From Octopus sinensis (Eukaryota): a stretch of 64,000 bases of DNA. Under the pieces are notes generated by a model that was not told where the DNA came from, searched no databases, and worked only from the letters and a program-made list of their open reading frames with translations. How positions within the stretch are numbered: the first letter of the stretch is position 1; each line of letters starts with the position of its first letter. The stretch is taken from contig NC_043012.1 of NCBI RefSeq assembly GCF_006345805.1, forward strand, positions 27,032,001-27,096,000. Reading direction: 5' to 3'. Shown piece by piece: positions 52,289-64,000 of this stretch. Made by a program: the position numbers and the translations under genes.

Positions 52289-52316
52289 GCCTAGGCTATT
52301 ATTTCTATTCTCACAA

Positions 52317-52732
52317 AGGCGGCGAGCTGGCAGAATCGTTAGTACGCCGACCGGAATTCTTAGCGGTGTTTCGGCTGCCGCTACATTGTGAGTTCAAATT
52401 CCGCCGAGGTCGACTTTGCCTTTCATCCTTTCGGGATCGATTAAATAAGTACCAGTGACGCGCTGGAGTCGATGCAGTCGTCTTAATCCGTTTGTCCGTC
52501 TTTGTTTGTCCTCTCTGTGTTTAGGCCCTTGTGGATAGTAAAGAAATAGGTATTTCGGCTGCCGTTACGTTCTGAGTTCAAATTCCGCCGAGGTCGACTT
52601 TGCCTGTCATCCTTTCGGGGTCGATTAAATAAGTACTAGTTAGGCACTGGGGTCGATGTATTCGACTTAATCGCTTTGTCTGTCCTTGTTTGTTCCCTCT
52701 ATGTTTAGCATCCTGTAGGCAATAAAGAAATA
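52317..52732 (+). mobile_element. SINE family B, head plus tandemly duplicated ~190-bp body
   Basis: gtatttcggctgccg...gagttcaaattccgccgaggtcgactttgcc...aaagaaata occurs twice in tandem. Confidence 0.88.
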
Positions 52733-52773
52733 ATTATTTCTACTCTCACAGCTGCCATAATGAAATTACTCAC

Positions 52774-52896
52774 TATTATACCTACTAAAATAGGTTGTTT
52801 CAGTCAGCCTGCTAGAGTTGCTAAATTCTCTGCAATCACCCAATTGCTCCTCACCGGCTCCATTCTTCTCGCGTAAAAATGGTGAATGTTTGTTAA
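52774..52896 (-). other. Candidate exon (123 nt)
   Basis: Acceptor ggacgtttcag| and donor ATA|gtgagt; open in phase 1 (VNKHSPFLREKNGAGEEQLGDCREF...); no recognised homology. Confidence 0.3.
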
Positions 52897-53900
52897 CTGA
52901 AACGTCCAGCGGTGGTAAATGTGATGCTAAAACGCTGAGGATAACTACTTGTTTTGTTATACATTGTTTCGTGTTGTTTTCTCTTTCTATTGTTTCTGAT
53001 CTGTTGGGCTTGGAGTTTTCTCCGAGTACGAATAAAACTATAGGAGATTCAAGTGGCTGAGGCGTCAAGAAGGTCGCTCAACCTCCAAGTTGTGTTGATT
53101 CGAATATTCAACAACTTCTAGCTTTAATTAATTGTCTGTATTTGTCTTTGCTTAGCTACCATCGTGTTATGTCGACAAGAAGTATTATTAGCTGAATAAT
53201 TAATCGGCAGTTAATTTATGACTTCTATTTCGGCAATGCTTCTGCCTACTTACCAACAACGTATAGAATGTCATTATTGCTGATTCAACATAAACTAAAC
53301 AGAAGAAACAGCGTTTTATTATCGGTGACATTAAACCCTTCTAGATTTCATACACGTTACCATCACAAAATTAATAAGATAATCATACCCGTGAGATATA
53401 TTCAGTATATGTGAATCATAATTGTTCACTTATATTACAAGACTGAGATTTTGATGATATTTGGACCTAAATATCAAACAAGCTGACCCTTCAGGAATAA
53501 GACGCAGGGTGATTTCAGACAATTTTTTTCGAGAAAAATGCTTCTTGTGAAGCAGGAAAGATGCTCTGTCAGAGAGTTCGAACTCTCTCAGCAGGTTTAA
53601 GTGTCCTTTACACACGCCCTTCATTTAAATGCTATCTCAGCGTGCATCATTGATGTCATTCAAGTCGGATGATGAGCCACTGTGAAACACCATTAGATTC
53701 AAGGCTACCACCATTATTTTACCATTTGGCTGCCAAACTATTGCTCTTAACACATGTTTTAGAGTTGTATTATATTTTGTGATACTGTTTTTTTTAATAG
53801 AAAAACTCTTCTACTTAGGTCAACCCTTCTTGGTAAGCCTTAAACTAGGAGGGGGAATAGTTTTGCTCGGCATGTTAATGATTCTGCCTGCACGCCGCTT

Positions 53901-53965
<65 letters not shown>

Positions 53966-53969
53966 CGTT

Positions 53970-54380
53970 TACTCTTTCACTTGTTTCAGTCATTTGACTG
54001 TGGCCATGCTGGAGCACCACCTTTAGTCGAGCAAATCGACTCTAGGACTTATTCTTTGTAAGCTTAGTACGTATTCTACCGGTCTCTTTCGCCGAACCAC
54101 TAAGTTACGGGCACGTAAACACACCAGCATCGGTTGTCAAGCGATGTTGGGAGGACACACACAGATACACAAACATACACACAAACACACACACACATAA
54201 ATATATATATATACACATATATACGACGGGCTTCTTTCAGTTTCCGTCTACCAAATCCACTCACAAGGCTTTGGTCGGCCCGAGGCTATAGTAGAAGACA
54301 CTTGCTCAAGGTGCCACGCAGTGGGACTGAACCTGGAACCATGTGGTTCGTAAGCAAGCTACTTACCACACAGCCACTCC

Positions 54381-54381
<1 letters not shown>
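53970..54381 (-). mobile_element. SINE family A, full copy
   Basis: Reverse complement of family A. Confidence 0.9.
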
Positions 54382-54409
<28 letters not shown>

Positions 54410-54414
<5 letters not shown>

Positions 54415-54628
54415 CCTTTCTGCTATAGGCACAAGGCTTAGAATTTGCGGGGAGGGAACTGGTCGATTACATCGATCCCAGTACTTGACTGGTACTTAAT
54501 TTATCGACCCTCTCAAAAGGATGAAAGGCAAAGTCGACCTTAGTGGAATTTGAACTCAGAACGTAAAGACGGGCGAAATACTGTTAAGCATTCTGCCCGA
54601 CGTGCTAACGATTCTGCCAGCTCGCCGA
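54410..54628 (-). mobile_element. SINE family B
   Basis: ggatgaaaggcaaagtcgaccttagtggaatttgaactcagaacg...gctaacgattctgccagctcgcc. Confidence 0.85.
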
Positions 54629-54634
54629 TGATGG

Positions 54635-54667
<33 letters not shown>

Positions 54668-55067
54668 CGATGACGATAATGACGATGACGATGACGACGA
54701 TGATGATGATGATGATGATGATGATGCTTTCACCATAGGCACAATGCCTGAAATTTCCAAGAAGAGACCCCCACCAGTGCCTTCGTCGCCAAAAGGACGA
54801 AAGGCAAAGTCGACATCGACCAAATTTGAAGTTGGAGCGTAAAGCCAGAAAAATGTCGCGAAACAATAACAATTATATTTGATAGAGCGGCATCTGAAGG
54901 AGTGGACATCACAAGGATATTTTAGAAATATCTTACAAAGAGGAGAATGGAGATAAGATGAAAGTATATGAAGTATACAAAAAAATGCGAACACATTTAT
55001 GACACATTTCTCCTGATGCAGGAGAAACTCCAACAAGGGCCAGTCTTGGAACACTCCTCCTACTCAC

Positions 55068-55187
55068 CCAGCATCAACCTGACCAACAAGGGTACAAGCT
55101 CTTGCCCAACTGTTGTTCACTGATGTACAGTTTTTGCTTTAAATAGTTCCAGTCATCTTGACCCTTTTTTCCACAGTCACCCACATA
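55068..55187 (-). other. Candidate exon (120 nt) with strong splice sites
   Basis: Long (CT)n tract + ttatcag| acceptor and TGG|gtgagt donor; the phase-0 frame has one TGA. Confidence 0.45.
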
Positions 55188-55275
55188 CTGATAAGAGAGA
55201 GAGAGAGAGGAGAGAGAGAGAGTGAGAGAGAGAGAGAGTACCTCTCTATCCACACTCACTTTCATTTCCAAATTG

Positions 55276-55703
55276 AGGCGCAGGAGTGGCTGTGTGGTAA
55301 GTAGCTTGCTAACCAACCACATGGTTCCGAGTTCAGTCCCACTGCGTGGCATCTTGGGCAAGTGTCCTCTGCTATAGCCCCGGACCGACCAATGCCTTGT
55401 GAGTGGATTTGGTAGACGGAAACTGAAAGAAGCCTGTCGTATATATGTATATATATATATATATACGTGTGTGTGTGTGTTTGTGTATCTGTGTTTGTCC
55501 CCCTAGCATTGCTTGACAACCGATGCTGGTGTGTTTACGTCCCCGTCACTTAGCGGTTCGGTAAAAGAGACCGATAGAATAAGTACTGGGCTTACAAAGA
55601 ATAAGTCCCAGGGTCGAGTTGCTCGATTAAAAGCGGTGCTGCAGCATGGCCGCAGTCAAATGACTGAAACAAGTAAAAGTGTAAAAGAGTAAAAGAGTAA
55701 GAG
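55276..55703 (+). mobile_element. SINE family A, full copy
   Basis: Matches family A. Confidence 0.9.
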
Positions 55704-56186
55704 TATGTAAAATAGATCAGATTTTAACTGTTGACGAATGTGTCAATCTTTTCTGTCTCGTCCATGACACAACCTCTTTTGTCATAGCTGCTAGACAGAA
55801 ATTCTGCCTAATAATAGCAGGAACGAAGACACAAATGTAAAGTCTTTTACATACCTTTTTATTTTTCTTTCACTCATTCACTTAATGAATAGAACTTGGT
55901 ATTCAAAAGTGAATATACTTCCCTCTAATACAAAGCGAACCCTGCGTAAGATTTATGTTAACGGTTTTATGCGCATTGTAAAACTTACCACATTTCTTGT
56001 ATCAAAGGTTTCCAAACTTCTCAAAAGCATAAATTTTCTACATCTAATTCAAAATCGAACTGTGCTCACAAGCTGCTTCAATTCAAATCGTTTCGATATT
56101 CCTGAACTCTCCTCACTACCCCAAAGATATGTACACAGACACATACACATATACGCATATATATTTTCGTAACACACAGATGTATT

Positions 56187-56218
<32 letters not shown>

Positions 56219-56219
56219 C

Positions 56220-56618
56220 AGGTGTGGTAAGTAGCTCTAACCAACCACATGGTCCGGGTTCAGTCCCACTGCGTGGCATCTTGGGCAAGTTTCTTCTGCT
56301 ATAGCCCCGGGCCGACAATGCCTTGTGAGTGGATTTGGTAGACGGAAACTGAAAGAAGCCTGTCGTATATATATATATATATATATATATATGCGTGGGT
56401 GTGTTTGTGTGTCTGTGTTGTCCCCCTATGCATTGCTTGACAACCGATGCTGGTGTGTTTACGTCCCCGTCACTTAGCGGTTCGGCAAAAAGACCGATAG
56501 AATAAGTACTGGGCTTACAAAGAATAAGTTCCGGGGTCGATTTGCTCGACTAAAGGCGTGCTCCAGCATGGCCGCATTCAAATGACTGAAACAAGTAAAA
56601 GAGTTAAAAGAGTAAAAG
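56220..56618 (+). mobile_element. SINE family A, full copy
   Basis: Matches family A with several 1-nt deletions. Confidence 0.9.
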
Positions 56619-56908
56619 AGATACATATATACATGTCTGTGTGTGTGTGTGTGTGTTGTGTGTATGTATGTATCTATATGTCTATATGTTTGTGAGTCGG
56701 TCTGCATATTTGAATTGGTAATAAGCTTCTGTTTATACACATGACTGCTCAGCGCCTCTTTTCCATAACCATAATTATATGAACAGACGTTTGTGTATTT
56801 ATATATTAAGGCCATATATGTATGTGTCTATCGATCTATATATGTGCATGTGTGTGTGTGTCTGTCTGTATGTGTATCTGTGTTTGTGTGTATGTGTGTG
56901 TATAAAAA

Positions 56909-57143
56909 TAGATGTGGCTGGTCTATGCGGTTAGCCTGGATTTCACATCCATAATACACTTAGGTTTACAGCGTTTCTTCAGGCCCTAAAATCCGTTGGC
57001 CTATGGCCTCTCTAGGCTTCACTAGCCCAAAGAGGCCTAGATAGGACATAGACCAACGAGTTTTAAGGTCTGAAGAAACGCTGTAAAGCTACACGCTTTA
57101 TGAACGTGAGACCTAAGGTAACCCCTTAGACCGGCCACATCTA
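56909..57143. mobile_element. Foldback MITE (235 bp)
   Basis: Terminal 17-bp inverted repeat tagatgtggctggtcta / tagaccggccacatcta plus an internal ~44-bp inverted repeat tttacagcgtttcttcagg... / ...tctgaagaaacgctgtaaa. Confidence 0.85.
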
Positions 57144-57336
57144 TCTTTATCTATATACTCTGCTGCTCTTATAACTTAGAGTGTGCTTTTCTTTCGTACT
57201 TATAAGTTACTGACGATATATGCATAATGTGTATGTGTGACTGTGTGGTGGATGTGTGTGTATGCGTGTGTAAATTTGATAGCTTGCATAAAAGGAAAAG
57301 AAAACACAATGTTCTATCCCAAAATACAAGTATTAC

Positions 57337-57465
57337 CTTGATACAGATAACTCTTTTCCAGTATTCAAATGGCTTCAAAGGCTCTCTCTCAACTTTTCCT
57401 CCACTAAAACAATAACCTTTATGCTCTCCAAAACCGTCCAATGTTTACCATACATCAAACTCTTC
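57337..57465 (-). other. Candidate exon (129 nt) with strong splice sites
   Basis: Acceptor tttttatgtcacctttattcag| and donor AAG|gtaata; phase 0-0 with one TAA. Confidence 0.4.
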
Positions 57466-57524
57466 CTGAATAAAGGTGACATAAAAATCGTCAAATTTAC
57501 ATCGATATATATATATATATATAG

Positions 57525-57556
<32 letters not shown>

Positions 57557-57860
57557 TAGATATATATCTATATATATATATTATTTTATAAATAAATATA
57601 TATATATAATATAAATATTAAAATTTCTAAGTCTATCTAAAGACTACGACAGCGGTACTGGGAATTAACAGTTATCGCCAGTCTAATATGGCAGTCCATT
57701 AATATAAGACTTAAGCTGCCGTTGATTAGCTCCAAGAGGCATCGCCTCATCTAGCTATATGACACACGAACCTGTGTCCATTATAACCTTCGAACAGGGG
57801 AGGTCAACCGCTTCCCCTTGCTGGTTAGACATTTCATAGACGCCATGATAAATCGTTAGC

Positions 57861-57960
57861 NNNNNNNNNNNNNNNNNNNNNNNNNNNNNNNNNNNNNNNN
57901 NNNNNNNNNNNNNNNNNNNNNNNNNNNNNNNNNNNNNNNNNNNNNNNNNNNNNNNNNNNN
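57861..57960. other. Assembly gap (100 N)
   Basis: Run of exactly 100 N. Confidence 1.
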
Positions 57961-58619
57961 ACACACATACACATACATATATATATATATAAAAATTCAC
58001 CCCCCCCACACAAATTACAAACCTATAGCGTACACATTCAAATATATCTCTACATGCCGCACACACACACAAAGTACTAACATATACACACATACCATGC
58101 ATATACACACACAACACACACACACTATATATATATATATATATATATTTAAAAACAAATACACATGTAAATACATACATATGTACACAATGCTCACACA
58201 CACACACACACACCCGTACACAGTGCACACACACACATATATACACACGTGCACACACACATACACACAACGCGCGCGCACGCACACACATACATACACC
58301 ACACGCACACAGTGCACACACACACACACATATATATATACACCCGCGCACCACACACCCACAACATGCCACACACACCACACACACACACACACACACA
58401 ACATGCACACACAACACACACACACAACACACAACACAACACTCACACACATAACACCTACATATATATAATGCATGCGTGTGCATGCCACGTATGTGTG
58501 CGGTCAATGCCCGCTAGTGTGTGCCTATGCGTGCCGATGCGCGCATGTGCCCGCCCGCACGATATGCTGTGAGCGTGCGCGCGTCCCTGTGTGCTTGCTC
58601 TGGATGTGTTTCCAGGGGT

Positions 58620-61105
58620 ATGTTAGAGTATGTTTAGTTGTGGCTGTATTTTTGAATAAGATTACTTTCCTTATTTATTCGTGTTTGGTCTGTTGGTGTT
58701 GTCCGAGCATTGGTATAGTGGAAGACTAAGAATTTGGGGGACTTATTGTGTGCACAAAGGTCTAAGTGTCCACTTAGTGGTATCTGTCTTGTGGAGGGGT
58801 CCCTCAGTTGTTGTCGGTGAACTGTCATTCTGTCTCTGAGGGTAAGGCTCGTTTGCCCTATGTAATCTTCGTGGCATCCTTCACACCTTATGACGTAGAG
58901 TAAATTTTTTGATGCGCACGTGTAATTATTTTTTATGATGAATGTGTGTCCCGAGTGGAACTTGTACGATGATCCCTCAATGAGGTGGATGCAGGTCTTG
59001 CAGTTGAGGCGACCACATTTTTTGATGGTGGGCGGTGGGTTTGTGTTGTGTAATTTTGCGTTGGTGAGGAGGTTTTTTAGGGATTTAGGTTGTCTCTTAC
59101 TTTTTATTATTTTATGAGCTGCCAGTATTTTTTTCAGGCGTGGGTCTTGATTTAGTTGTGGAATGTTGTTGTATATAATAGTGTAAGCTTCTGCATTCCT
59201 TGGGTTGTGTGTTGAGAGATAAGGAGGCTATTGACTGTACTGTGGATGTGTTTGGGTTTTCGAAGGTCTTGAATGTTGATTGATTTGGCCCGTTCTATTC
59301 CGTTGTCTACTAGTGATGCCGGGTAATGTCTTTCGAGAAAATTGCCCTTAGTTCCCGGAGTCTTCTATTTCGTGTTGTGTCATTTGAGACAATAGTGCAG
59401 ATTCTTCTCGCTAGGTTGAAGGGGATATTTGTCTTTGTGTTTTTGGGTGATTGGAGGTGAATAGAAGGTATTGTTTAGAGTCAGTGGGTTTGTAATGGAT
59501 GTCAGTTTCAATGTTGACGCCTTTTTTATGATTAGGATGTCAAGAAAAGGGAGTTGGTCCTGACTATATTCCATTGTGAATTGAATGTTGTTATTTACAC
59601 TGTTGATAAGGTTTTTGAAGTCTATAAGTTGGTCGAGTGTGTGGGACCATAGGATGAGGCAATCATCTAAGTAGCGTTTCCAGTTCTCCAACAGGTATTT
59701 GTGGAAAGACTGGCCGTACTTATATTTGGATTTTTCATAGATATGTGATTCCAGGTAGGCCATCACCAACTTTCGTACCCATTGCAGTACCTGAGACCTG
59801 TCTGTAAGTGTTGTTGTGGAAATACATGAAGTTGTTTTGCAGAATAAATTTGAGGCCCTCAATTATGAATTCTTTTTTAATTCTTTCCGGGATCTCATTG
59901 GGATATTTATCCAGCCAGAATTTAATGGCTTCCAGTCCAAATTCATGTGGGATTGTGGTGTAAAGATTAATAACATCAAAAGAAACGATTAAGGTGTCTT
60001 TATCGCATGTTGGGGAGATGGTTTAATAGGTCCAGGTCATCTCTTACAATACTTGGAATGTGTTTCAGTATTGGCTTAAGAGATGATATCTATAAAGTTG
60101 CTAAGTCTGTGTGTTTCACAACTTGGCCTGCCACTATTGGTCTCAGTTTGAGATCATGGGATGTGGTATAGTGATGCAGGTTGAAGTGGACTTTTTGCAA
60201 GCTTCTGTGATAATTTGACTCTTGTGTATTTTTGGAAGCCCATAGAGTGTGCTGGTTTGCAATTAAATTTAGTAATGTGTCGCATTCCTTTGCTGTCAAG
60301 TCATTCCGGTGTTGGTAAATGAGTGCCTTCAGATTGGTCATTGTTTTGGATTGCTGGTAGTCGACTACTCTTTCGTAGTATGTGGTATCCTCTAAAAGGA
60401 GAGATACAGAGTTTTTATATTGCTCAGTATTCATAACAACGACCGTACTACCCTTATCAGCTTCCTTTATTGTGACGTCATGATTGTCTCGTAGCGTATG
60501 GATGATTTCCCATTCTCTTTTACTGGTGTTGGGTTTGAGTTTAGGTTGAGGTTGTGGGAGTTCACCATAAGGGAAGTTGGAGATGTAATCGCAAAATTTG
60601 TCTAAGGTTTGTGTTTTTTTTTTTGGCCTTTATGGGATTATAGTTGCTTTTGTTACAGACCATTGATTCGTCAATATTATTAGTTTTCCTGTCAAAAAAT
60701 TCCTCTGTGAGGCGTATTTTCTGCAAAAGTGCGAGATGTCATCCTGTATTTCCTCAGGTTAGGGTATTGCGGAGTTGGGGTGAATTTTAGTCCTCTTGAA
60801 AGGATTTTTATTTGTGGTGTCGACAGGTTTAGGTTAGAAAGATCACTATTTTTGGTTTTTCGGGTTGGTATCTACCATCTGGTGTCGTGGAAACTGATGC
60901 CCTTGCCTAAAAAAGAATCCTGGGGGTTCTTCTATTTGCGGTATTTTGCTGTATGTGATTCTGTCCCCCGTTGACATGTCTGTTGAAGAGGTTTTGGTTG
61001 TTGTGATTCTGTCCCCCGTTGCTATGTTGTCTGTTGAGGAGGTTTTGGTTGTTCCAGGGTCTGGGTTGTTGGTGTGGCCTCCTGGAAGAGTTTTGGTTAT
61101 TCCAG
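58620..61105 (-). mobile_element. Penelope-like retroelement (RT + GIY-YIG), near complete, frameshifted
   Basis: NLSTPQIKILSRGLKFTPTP, KEADKGSTVVVMN, LRPIVAG, Q.SGTAMG, WKRYLDDCL, QFTME, LPFLDI; GIY-YIG: SKNLLYVIRCEGCHEDYIGQTSLTLRDRMTVHRQQ. Confidence 0.95.
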
Positions 61106-61409
61106 GGTTTGGGTTGTGTGTATATATATATTATATGTATGCGTACGTGTATGTGTATGCGTTGTATGTATGTGTATTGTGTGTATATGTGGTACATCTA
61201 TGTATGTGTATGTAAACACTATTTATATGTATATGTGTATATATGTATATGCATTGTCTATATATATTATATGTATGTACTGCGTATGTATATTGCATGC
61301 ATATATTGTGTATGTATATTACTTACATGCTGTATGTGTATTGTATGTGTGTATATATATGCTAGGTGTATTTGTGTGATATTTATTTATGTATGTATGT
61401 GTGCGTGTG

Positions 61410-61440
<31 letters not shown>

Positions 61441-61649
61441 GTGTGTGTATGTGTGTTATATATCTGTGTATGTTATATATAGATACATATTATATTTGTG
61501 TGCTGTGGGTATATGTGATATATGTGGGTGCGTTGTGTGTGGGTGTGTGTGTTCTGTGTGTGTGTGTGTGTTGTTTGTATGTGGTGTGTGTTTGTTTACT
61601 ATGTGTGTGTGTGGTGTGTGTTGTTGTGTGTGTGTGTGTGTGTGTGTGT

Positions 61650-61680
<31 letters not shown>

Positions 61681-61685
61681 GTGTG
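61106..61685. repeat. Degenerate (GT)/(AT) microsatellite block
   Basis: Direct reading; separates the Penelope and CR1 elements. Confidence 0.93.
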
Positions 61686-61915
61686 ACAAACAGACGCTAT
61701 CTGACCAGCGGGCACGGACACATCTATTCACACCCGCATACTAACCTCCTGATAACCCCAAAATCATTCATGCATAAAGGGGAAGTATACACCACATTGG
61801 CTACTTCCTCTGTTCTCTCAGTTCAGCCTTTCTGCTAATACCAACAGGTCAGTAAAAACAATTCTCGCCTTGTACTTAAAATATTCTGAGATGTATAAAA
61901 AATCCATTTTAATTT

Positions 61916-63462
61916 TTGCTGTCAAAAGGCTGTATATATATACCGAAGATTGTATATATATACATAGCGGATGCGGAATTACACATACCACAGTATGTTG
62001 TACTACGGACCGACAGGAAAGAAAGGAGTCATGGAGGAGTTGCTATGTACATCCGTGGGGACCTCACACCCCAGGTCCTTTTGTCATACTCAAACTCGGT
62101 GTGTGACACACTAATTGTACACATAAGGCAACTTGATGTAGTTGTGTGTGCTACATATCGCCCTCCAGATGCCCCAAGTCATATGGGCAAGTTCGAGGAC
62201 TGCCTTTTAAAAATAGAAGAAGTTCTAACCACATTAGAACAACACATAAGTGTACTTCTCATGGGAGACTTCAATCTACCGAATGTCAGATGGCCCGAGG
62301 GCCTTTCTCTCCCAGGAATGACAAGATGTGAACGTGGACAGGCGAGGTCCCTCCTGAACCTCACCAACACCCTGTACATGGAGCAAGTAATACTGCAACC
62401 AACCAGAGCAGGTAACCACACTGGATCTCGCTTCACAAATAATATGGATCTCATCCATAATGTGAAAGTGACACCGACACTACTCTCGGATCACAACATG
62501 GTAGAGCTGACCATGTACGGGCCAAAAGAGAGCACGGACATGCAGCCTACAAGAAACCCTCAGAATCTTTCCAGCTTGAACTTCAATAAGGCAAACTGGA
62601 AACAAATTGAGAAAGAGATCCTCAAACAAAACTGGCCTGAATGTCTCTCCTCGCCGGACATCGACATGATACTTCAACAATTCATGTCTGTAATGCAAGC
62701 CATATGCTACAATGTGTCCCAGAGAGAAAGGCCACTGTACACAAGAACAAAATCCCCAGAGAGAGGAAAATTCTAATGAGACGGCGTACAAAAATTTCAA
62801 ATCGCCTAAACAAACAAATTGAAAGCAGTGAAAAGTCCCGCCTGAAAATAAAACTGTTGGAAATTGAAAATTGTCTGCAACTTTCCCATGAGAAGGAAAG
62901 CAGACAAAGAAGCCTGGGCTATAGACAACATAAAAACTAACCCCAGAGCTTTCTACAGGTATGCCAAAGAAACGGCTACAGTGCACTGTAGATAGGGCCA
63001 CTCCTTGAAAAGGATGGCACACTCACAGGAAAACCAATGAGGGTAAGTGAAATACTGAATGAACAATTCAAGAGTGTTTTCACTCCACCCCTTGGGCATT
63101 TCCAAATCAGCAATCCAACTGACTTCTTTACCACTGCAGATATAGAATCAGAGGCGGCGACGATAAGTTACATCGAGATAAAGGAAGATGATGTAATAAA
63201 GGCTATAGATGAAATGAAAATAGACTCAGCTACTGGCCCCGATGGATTCCCGGCAATCCTCCTAAAAGTATGTAAGAGAGTCTTAGCAAGACCACTGCAG
63301 TCCCTCTTTCAGAGCTTCCTTGCAGCTGGCAAACTTCCAAGGGGACTGAAGGAAGGTAAAATATGCCCTATTCATAAAGGAGGTAGCAGAGCGGAGGCAA
63401 AGAACTACAGACCTATCTCTCTGACCTCACACATCAGCAAGGTCATGGAACGAATAGTCAGT
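61916..63462 (+). mobile_element. Second CR1-like LINE fragment (APE + start of RT)
   Basis: LRTDRKERSHGGVAMYIR, TYRPPDA, LLMGDFNLP, LSDHNMV, SATGPDGFPAILLK, KNYRPISLTSHISKVMERIV; homology stops at about 63462. Confidence 0.93.
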
Positions 63463-64000
63463 TATTATATTCACTGCGGTGCTTATTTTAACCATATCGT
63501 ACTTATGCGGTGATTTGGCGGGCGATTCAGACTGGCTGTGTCCATACGTGCATATGTATGTATGTACGACGCTCGTATATGTAAGTATATCGTTTGCTGT
63601 GCATATATATATCTGTATTTATGTACCCTTGATATATTCAATTGATGACGGTAAAGCTTATCTAAAGCAGAACCAGAAATCCTTGGATCTTGAATTATTC
63701 AATAATTTTTGCTTGTATTTTGTCCCTCCGCTTTACCTCATGGTGCGATATGAACATTAACGTGGTACTATAGTCAGTGTTTCAACTGCTATTTCGGCAT
63801 GTTGGTGTCTTTTAGACACCCTCATTTTTAATTGTTAAAAATTTTTTTACCTTTGTAAGGTATTTCTTTCATGCTGGCCACTTGATAATTTCGACACTTA
63901 AATATCGATATTATCCTCATATATAAATTTATATATACATATATATATATACATATATATATATATATCCTTAAATCCTTAAATCCTTAAAAATGTTTTA

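Noticed and set aside
53571-53588. Perfect 18-bp palindrome agagagttcgaactctct
   Set aside because: Single short instance built partly from GA/TC dinucleotides; no recognisable context.
55068-55085. Selenocysteine UGA in CWSG*CW
   Set aside because: Spacing is not CxxU/UxxC, no known selenoprotein resemblance, and no SECIS identified.
57066-57085. CTGAAGAAAC in the foldback MITE as a ribozyme core
   Set aside because: No stem II between CUGANGA and GAAA.

Overview
AT-rich, microsatellite-saturated animal DNA. The repeat families look like those of an octopus (coleoid cephalopod); that assignment is an inference from recalled family resemblance, not a search. No host protein-coding gene could be identified with confidence, and almost all ORFs in the supplied track are translated microsatellites. 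The window is mostly transposable elements: about 30 copies of three tRNA-derived SINE families, a full-length dead Tc1 transposon, Tx1-like and CR1-like LINEs, a near-complete Penelope element (RT + GIY-YIG), a fragmented hAT transposase, several MITE/foldback elements and two 100-N gaps. The most notable observation is a set of minimal type-I hammerhead-ribozyme motifs. One lies in the 3' part of a tRNA-headed SINE-like element (18007-18447, minus), and two lie in a Penelope-end-like repeat family (27012-27049, 14776-14813), with an autonomous-type Penelope in the same window as a plausible partner. Also notable are several long near-perfect hairpins and a chain of strong minus-strand splice sites suggesting an unidentified spliced transcript.
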